Source: the human T2T-CHM13v2.0 reference genome, Homo sapiens. Taken from it: 64,000 nucleotides of DNA. The notes below the pieces were generated by a model. That model saw only the letters and a program-made list of their open reading frames with translations, was not told the origin of the DNA and searched no databases. The stretch lies in assembly GCF_009914755.1 (NCBI RefSeq), contig NC_060934.1; one strand, given 5' to 3'. Below, piece after piece: positions 50,787-64,000 of the stretch. A program made the position numbers and the translations under genes. Positions within the stretch are counted from its first letter, which is position 1. Every line of letters starts with the position of its first letter.

Positions 50787-51245
50787 GCCAGGGAGCAGAG
50801 ATGCCTCAGGCCTGGATTCAGATGGAGAACAGAAAGGGGGCCCCAGCTGTGCCAAAAGGGGATAGGGCCACCACTACACACTAGAGGAGATGGACAGTGG
50901 GCGGGGAGAGTGGCAGGGACACAAAGTGAGCTTTCAGCATTTGCATCCTGTGTCCAGCCAACAAATGTGTGGCATTGCTCCCAATAGCGAGGGAAGTGAC
51001 TTCAAAGATGAGTAAATGGAGTGATTCTTCACCTGGGGAGGAGGGCGGCCCAGCTCTCCGGGAGGAATGCCAGAATATCAAATGGGGCTGGGAGGCTTTT
51101 AAAGATAAAAAGAAACATTCAATAAATCTAGGATTTTAATAAAAATAACAACCAAATACAAAGCTCAGCCAGTTCTCTCAGAGATGCACAAAAGCTGGAG
51201 TGAGAGAGTGTTGCAGTAGGAGCCTTGGTTTAAATCTCGAGAAGA

Positions 51246-53912
<2,667 letters not shown>

Positions 53913-54029
53913 ATTCTTGCACATTCGAATATCATGAAGCATTTTCCTAGCTTGGAAGCAAGATAATCCATCACTACCTATCCTCTTTTTGGTCTACTCT
54001 TCCCCCATCACAGGCTATATTTATATATC

Positions 54030-54419
54030 TGTCTTAGCCCATTTGTGTTGCTATAAAGGAACACTGGGGCTGGGTAATTTATAAAGAAAAGAGGTTTCTT
54101 TGACTCACAGTTCTCAGGCTATACAAGAAGCATGGTGCTGGCATTTGCATCTGGTGAAGGCCTCGGACTGCTTCCATTCATGGGGGAATGTGTCACGAGA
54201 AAGGAACAAGAGAGGAGGAGGGGCCAGGCCCTCTTTAACAATCAGCTCTCACAGGGACTCATAGGGAAGACTCACTCACTCCCAAAAGAATGGCACCATG
54301 CCATTCATGAAAGATCTACCCCCATGACCCAAACACCTCCCATTAGGCCAGACCTCCAACACTGGGGATCAAATTTCAACATGAGATTTTAAGGGGGGGC
54401 AAATATCCAAACTATATCA
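54030..54419 (-). mobile_element. MSTB-like solo LTR
   Basis: TGTCTTAGCCCATTTGTGTTGCTATAAAGGAA...AAATATCCAAACTATATCA; flanks ATATC/ATGTC. Confidence 0.85.
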
Positions 54420-54480
54420 ATGTCTTAATGAGAGGTCAGCTTGATATAAAATAATGTAAATGTTAAAAACGTCTCTTTAT

Positions 54481-54775
54481 GGCCAGGTGCGGTGGCTCAC
54501 ACCTGTAATCCCAGCATTTTGTGAGGCCGAGTTGGGTGGATCACCTGAGGTCAGGAGTTTGGGACCAGCCTGGCCAACATGGTGAAACCCCGTCTCTACT
54601 AAAAAAAAAAAGAAAAAATTAGCTGGGCGTGGTGGTGGGCTGTAATTTCAGCTACTTGGGAGGCTGAGGCAGGAGAATTGTTTGAACCCAGGAGGCGGAG
54701 GTTGCAGTGAGATCGAGATCATGCCACTGCACTCCAGCCCGGGCAACAAGAGCAAAACTCTGTCTCAAAAAAAAA
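54481..54775 (+). mobile_element. AluS
   Basis: Full dimer. Confidence 0.9.
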
Positions 54776-55071
54776 TGTCTATTTAAAGTTGCAAGAGGAG
54801 AGGCTTGACTTGGACAAAGTAGAAGGAGACAGGTGGCTCTATAACTAAAAACAGAGTGACTACCCTTGGGACCCATCTCAATTTTTTTTCCCTAGGCAGT
54901 CTTCAGACTTCAGTAAAATTAAGTGTGTGAGAGAAGACACTGGGAATATTGGCTTAGCTGAGAGAAGTGAACACCCTGCAAAATGAAAACGGGTGGGACT
55001 CCTTCCCAGCAAAAGCCCAGTCACTCCAGAGGGCCAGCAAGGGAAAAGCCAAGTGTTGCCTGGAAACCAGG

Positions 55072-55434
55072 TGATATGATTTGGCTGTGTCCCCACCGAC
55101 ATCTCATCTTGAATTGTAGCTCCCATAATCCCCACATGTCATGGGAGGGATTGGGTGGGAAGTAATTGAATCATGGGGGCAGGTTTTTCCTCTGCTGTTC
55201 TCATGAAAGTGAATACATTTCATGAGATCTGATGGTTTTATAAAGGGCCGTTCCCCTGCACATGCTCTCTTGCCTGCTGCCATGTAAGACATGCCTTTGT
55301 GCCTCCTTAGCCTTCCACCATGATTGTGAGGCCTCCCCAGCCATGTGGAACTGTGAGTCCATTAAACTCTTTCCTTTATAAATTACCCAGTCTCAGGTAT
55401 GTCTTTACTAGCAATGTGAGAACAGACTAATACA
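55072..55434 (+). mobile_element. THE1B-like solo LTR
   Basis: TGATATGATTTGGCTGTGTCCCCACC...GAACAGACTAATACA; flanks CCAGG/CCAGA. Confidence 0.9.
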
Positions 55435-56016
55435 CCAGAGTTCACAGAAATAATGCAAAGTAGCATTTCTGATGCCTTCATTTAAATTTTCAAAAATATT
55501 TATAAATTATCCAAATGACATAATCACATTGTCAAAAAGCTGAAAAATAGAGAAAAGCAAAATCACACACACAATCTAATGCTTAAAGCAACCACTGTTG
55601 ACACTGTTGTGTCTCATCACTCATATACACCCACCCATGCTTCCCCATTGTGGTAGCCACCTTTGAATCCAAGCACTGCCACTTGTGGGCTGTGTGACCT
55701 TGGACAAGTCACTTCTTATCTCACTTCTGGTCACTGTCTATGAGACTGTGTACCCTTTCCTCCATGGGAAGCTGTGGGCTGGAAAACCGCTTAGGGAATG
55801 CCCCGGGAGGTGGTGAGGGGCTGGGGGCTGGAGGGAGACCTGCATGCAGATCATGCAGTTGCCACGTCCTAGCAGTTGGTCTTGTTTAGGATTTCTCCGC
55901 CCTGGCACTCCTCCCAGGTGGGGCTGGATAATGCTTTATTGCGGGGGCTGTCCTGTGCTTTACAGTGTGCTCAGCAGTCTCTCCACTCTCTACTGCATAG
56001 CACGTCCCTTCCCCAG

Positions 56017-58826
<2,810 letters not shown>

Positions 58827-58964
58827 TTAGGAGAGGACATGATGCAACAGTCCGTGGAGGTTGTGGTTGCCAGGGAAAAGGGGCAGAGGGAGGTTGAAAT
58901 ATACAAAGTTTATTGGAGGATGACATAAACGTCCTGGAATTAGATAGCAGTGATGGTTCTATGA

Positions 58965-59182
58965 CAAGTTTGTCCAACCAGAGGCCCGCAGGCCACATGT
59001 GGCCCAGGACATCTTTGAATGCGGTCTGGCACAAATGTGTAAACTTTCTTAAAACATTAGGAGATTTTTTGTGATTCTTTTTAGCTCATCAACTATCGTT
59101 AGTGTTAGTGTATTTTATGTGTGGCCCAAGACAATTATTCTTCCCATGTGGCCCAGGGAAGCTAAAAGATTGGACACCCCTG
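58965..59182 (-). mobile_element. MER30-like hAT MITE inside an L1MB 3' end (~58830-59266)
   Basis: TTGTCCAACC...GGCCACATGTGGCCCAGGA...AAAAGATTGGACACCCCTG. Confidence 0.8.
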
Positions 59183-59266
59183 TAATGTACAAGATTGTGA
59201 ATATACTAAAAATCTCTAAATTGTACACTTTAAAATGGTTAAAATGGTAAATTTTATGACTTGCGA

Positions 59267-59735
59267 ATTTTTTTTTTTTTTGTGATTGAGTCTCACTCTG
59301 TTGCCCAGGCTGGATTGCAATGGCGCAATCTTGGCTCTCTGCAGCCTCTGCCTCCCGGGTTCAAGCTATCCTCCTGCCTTAGCCTCCCAAGTAGCTAGGA
59401 TTACAAGCACGTGCCACCAGGCCCAGCTAATTTTTGTATTTTTAGTAGAGATGGGATTTCACTGTGTAGGCCACTGACCTCCTGACCTCAAGTGATCTGC
59501 CCACCTCAGCCTCCCAAAGTACTGGGATTACTGGCATGAGCCACTGCACCCAGCCAACTTGTGAATTTTGTCTCATTTTTTGTCATTGCCTGTTTTGGTT
59601 TTGTTTTGTTTTGTTTTTTGAGACACAGTCTTGCTATGTTACCCAGGGTGGTCCTGAACTCCTGGCCTCAAGCGACTCTCCTGCCTTAGCTTCCCGAGTA
59701 GCCGGGACTACAGACAGTGCTAAATTTGCCCAGCT
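59267..59735 (-). mobile_element. AluS/J (59267-59555) and FLAM (59592-59735)
   Basis: Alu consensus. Confidence 0.85.
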
Positions 59736-60304
59736 TAAATTGTATCTCAACATTTTGAAAAAAGTTAAAGACACCACAATCCATGGTGACCTGACAAGAA
59801 GGAGCCAGGGAAATAAGCACCTGACAGCCCCACTCCCACTCCACTTTCCAGATACCCGCTGGTGCCTCCTGCTGACAGAACGCACCTGGGTCAGGGCACT
59901 GACACACAATGTGTTTGGATCTGCCTCCCAAGGGACAGGGCAGGGTGGAGAAATGCAAGGGTACACCTGGGGAAATAAATAGAAGGATATTCAGTAAAGC
60001 TCCTTGGGTAGCATTTTAGAAGTTTCTAGTAACATTGACACACTGACACTGTACATGTAATGTAATTCAGCAGTTGTTGATACAAGTCAGGGCCTCCCTG
60101 GGAAAGGAAGGAATGAGGGGGCCAGTGAAACCAAACCAAGTTGGAGACCTCATAAAGTTCAGGTGCTGGGGTGCACTAATTCTCCCTATTGACTCAGTCA
60201 TTGAGTCACTTGACTTGTGATTTGAAGAGCTGAAAAGAAGGAGTTCTTCCATTGGACAGCCAAGCCCTGGCTGGTGAAGAGCAGATATCCTTACCTACAG
60301 GCCC

Positions 60305-61091
60305 ATGGCAGACACAATACCATGTGCTCACCAAACCGATTTATTTTTCTCCTGGGCACACAGGAGAGCTATGTTTCCCAGCCCCCTAGCATCATGTCGA
60401 ATTCTGGCCAATGGAATGCGGGGAGAAGTGATGTGTGCCTTTTTCAGGGGTGGCTCTTCAAACTTTTCATGCAACCATCCATGTTCTCCCCTTGCCTACC
60501 AGCTGGCTGGATGCAGGAGAAGAGTCCAAGATTCCTGGGGACAGTGGAGTTACTGGATAGAGAGCTTGAATTCCTGACTCATTGCTTGCAGGAGAGCTGC
60601 TTAACTGGGCACATCTGGGTTGGACTTGGCATGAACCAGTGGTGAGAAATGAGGTCTCAGTCCAACAGCCAACGGGGAATTAAGGTTGGCCAACAACAAC
60701 ATGAGTGACCTTGAAATGGGAGCCTCCTCCAGTTGAGCCTTCAAATGACTGCAGCCCGTTGGTGGCACATGCCTGTAGTCCCAGTTACTCAGGAGGCTGA
60801 GGCCGGAGGATAACTTGAGCCCAGGAGTTTGAGGCTGTAGTTATGACATTATGATTGTGCTTGTTAATAGCCACTGCACTCCAGCCTGGGCAACAGAGTG
60901 AGACCCCGTCTCTTAAAACAACAACAACAACAACAACAAAACTGCAGCCTGAGCCAATATCTTGTCTGCAACCTGATGAGAGATACTGAGGCAGAACCCA
61001 GTTATGCTGCTCCTGGATTCCTGACCCCCATAACCATAGATAATAAATGTTTGTTGTTTAAAGCTGCTAAATCTGGGGTTAATTTGTTATG
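60305..61091 (+). mobile_element. Old MLT1 LTR fragments (MLT1J-like, then MLT1F/H-like with a FRAM at 60760-60940)
   Basis: TTCTGGCCAATGGAATGCGGGGAGAAGTGATGTGTG and GGATTCCTGACCC...TTGTTTAAAGCTGCTAAATCTGGGG...ATAACTAATACA. Confidence 0.6.
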
Positions 61092-61880
61092 CGGAGATAG
61101 ATAACTAATACAGTAATACAGTTCATTTGTCATTTTTTTTGTTTGTTACAGTGGGTAAATCTTGGACCCATTTTGGAACCTGTTTTCATTCAAGGTGTGA
61201 GGTGTAGACCAAACTTTCTTTTTTCAAAAGGATAGTCAATGGTCTCAATAATATTTATGGAATATCCATCCTTTCCACAGACTTAAAATGCTACTTTCAT
61301 TTACTACCTCTGGTATTATAGTGAAGCTTTTGGTGTCTTGGTATCTAGACTCTCTTTATCAGGATGGTACACAACCCCCAACCCCTTGTAGCTGACAGCT
61401 CATATTTGCATTTTTTTTTTTTTTTTTGAGATGTTCACCTTCTCTGCCAACACCTGCAAGGCCCTCGCCTTGAGGCTGGAAGACGAAGGTGCGGTCTGAG
61501 GCCTCCCGTGGCATAGCCCATGTGAATTTGGGGGAGCAAGCCTGGCTGAGTGTTCCTCCTGACCTGGCTGGGACACCACCATGCACCCAATCCACCTTGA
61601 GCCCTGCTCGCCTTCCACGTGCAGCTGCTGAGGACAGAAGGAAAGTAAGCACTCCAGCCCGGCTCTGCCTTCTCCCACCGCGCAGACTCTGCCTCGGCAC
61701 CTGCAAGAGGAGGTGACTAGGAACTGACACCCCTGGCACCTTCACCGATACCCTGTTACCTGCTGTGTGCACCCGGACCTGAACAGATGCGCTCCCGCCT
61801 GGCTTAGCTCTCTGTGGCTGTTCTCCCTCCTTTCGGTCATGCTCCTTAATTGGACTCCCTCCAAGGCACTGTTGGTTCCT

Positions 61881-62215
61881 CTTTTGTTTTGTCTTTTGTT
61901 TGTTTGTTTGTTTGTTTGTTTGTTTGTTTTGAGATGGAGTCTCGCTCTGTCGCCCAAGCTGGAGTGCAATGATGGCAAGATCTCTGCTCACAGCAACCTC
62001 CACCTCCCGGGCTCAAGAGACTCTCCTGCCTCAGCCTCCTAAGTAGCTGGGATTACAGACAGGCACCATCATGCCCAGCTAATATTTTTTGTATTTTTGT
62101 AGAGACAGGGTTTCACCATGTTGGCCAGGCTGTTCCTGAACTCCTGACCTCAGATGATTCCTGCCTCGGCCTCCCAAAGTGCTGGGATTATAGGCGTGAG
62201 CCACTGTGCCCGGCC
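61881..62215 (-). mobile_element. AluS with (TTTG)n tail
   Basis: Alu consensus. Confidence 0.9.
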
Positions 62216-62946
62216 GTTTTGTCTTGTTCTTAAGGAAGATTCAGCCTCACAGCACAAGCATCGGCTCGTAGAGTAGAAATTTCCCAGACAGAGAGCCTTT
62301 TAAAATAAAAATATACCTCTTTGAATTACCATTTTGTTGCTACAGCAATGCTATAGCAGTATGAGGAGGTGGTAGGGGGTGGGTGGGTATTTTTCCAAAA
62401 AGAAAGATGTCTTGGGGCCTATTAATTGCCCTGCCCAAATGTTCTCACTGCAGTGTGACCACATCACCAGCTGTTGTCTGTCTCACTTACAGAAATTCAG
62501 AAATGCTGGCATCATCAAGACATCCCCAATGATGAGATTTCTGGGTGATGTAAATCCACAAACTTTTAGGCTTTGCTTTAGTCAGGGTCCTGGCAGGAAA
62601 AAGATGATGCACTCAAACTGAGTAATTGGAGGAAGCTTTGATAAGAGACTGTTTAGAAACCTGTGCGCAGGGCCTAAGGACTCCAGCAAGGGCTACTGCA
62701 GTGCCTCAAGGTTGGGAACAGCTTGACCAGGAGGGGCAGGAGATGGAAGAGATTATGGAAGAGGAGAGTGTAGTATATGGAGAGGGACACTAGACAAGGG
62801 GTATGGCATTTGGTGAAGGGACACAACCAACTTATGGCAGAGGGCACAACCCAGCAGGAGGAAAGCTGGAAATACTCACCTGCCCTCACTTATTCCCTTC
62901 CACCCATCTCCTGTGGTCCTTCCCGCTGGCCAAGCCCATCTGCAAG

Positions 62947-63497
62947 TGTTACAGGGAAGGGGTCTCGATCTACACCCCAAGAGAGGGTTCTTGGATCTTG
63001 TGCAAGAAAGAATTCAGGGCGGGTCCATAGAATACAGTGAAAGCAAGTTCATTAGGAAAGTAAAGGAATAAAAGAATGGCAACTTCATAGGCAGAGCAAC
63101 CCCAAGGGCTGCTGGTTGCTCATTTTATGGTTATTTCTTGACGATATGCTAAACAAGGGGTGGATTATTTATGCCTTTTGTTTTTAGACCATATAGGGTA
63201 ACTTCCTGACGTTGCCATGGCATCTGTAACTGTCATGGCACTGGTGGGAGCGTAGCAGTGAGGACGACCAGAGGTCGCTCTCATGGCCATCTGGTTTTGG
63301 TAGGATTTAGCTGGCTTCTTTACTGCAACCTGTTTTATCAGCAAGTTCTTTATGACCTGTATCTTGTGCCAACCTCCTATCTCATCCTGTAACTTAGAAT
63401 GCCTTAACCGTCTGGGAATGCAACCCAGTAGGTTTCAGCCTTATTTTACCCACTCCCTACTGAAGATGGAGTTGCTCTGGTTTAAATGCTTCTGACA
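62947..63497 (-). mobile_element. MER41A-like solo LTR
   Basis: Reverse strand TGTCAGAAGCATTTAAACCAGAGCAACTCCATCTT...GCCATGGCAACGTCAGGAAGTTACCCTATATGG...CCCTGTAACA; lacks the TTCCGGGAA GAS block of MER41B. Confidence 0.85.
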
Positions 63498-64000
63498 GAG
63501 CACATGAATGCAATCTGTAGAGTGGGTCTGGAGGGCAAATGGAAGTCATCTAGCACAGACAGGTGGCTGAAATAAGCAAGCTACCGATATACTATTTAAT
63601 GTATTATTTAGTTACTCCTCAGGAATTACAATCACATTTGTTGGATATATAGCTTTTCCACAAAATGATTTTATTTGCTCATGGACCATCCGGAGAAATT
63701 TCAAGGATGTTGAACCTTAAAAGGAACTCATAGGTAGATCTCTCCATGGAGGATCCATCGTACAGATGCAACACCAAGTAAAGTGTCTTGGACAAGGTTT
63801 CACACAAGTTTATGATTGTCCCGGGAGTAGAGTCCAGGCCACTGGTTCTGTTTGCCATATTCTGACACCCAGGACAGGCCACCACAGGCCCTCCATGGCT
63901 CTCTTCTACAGAGGTGCCAGACCCTGCCTGCTCATTTCCCAGTTTCCCAGAGAAATTCAAGCAGAGGTCTTTCTCCCACTTCCCTCTGTGAAGGCCTGTG

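Overview
Primate (human-like) genomic DNA with no recognisable cellular protein-coding gene; almost every ORF in the track is Alu-, LTR- or microsatellite-derived. It opens with a CpG-rich candidate regulatory island (~1-1200). The rest holds more than 60 Alu copies, old L1M/L2/MIR fragments, DNA transposons (MER5A, MER58, MER30) and many LTRs (MER50, LTR12, MLT2, MLT1, MST, THE1, MER4, LTR8, MER41). A 5.4-kb two-LTR HERV-H provirus (type II/LTR7B-like) lies at 25435-30852 on the minus strand, with TSD TACAG. The most unusual structure is at 11085-14397: an ERVL (MLT2-type) 5' LTR joined at the PBS to a MaLR (MLT1) internal region and an MLT1A-type 3' LTR. That 3' LTR is split by a ~375-bp inversion, and undoing the inversion reveals one shared 5-bp TSD (AGGCC), suggesting a single integration of a hybrid with two different LTRs. 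Other notable items are an LTR12 nested in an Alu nested in MER50, a near-identical 164-bp dispersed duplication (48500/50623) and a ~520-bp pure-purine tract. Repeat family names come from remembered consensus sequences and were not confirmed by search. Most boundaries are approximate unless a TSD is quoted.
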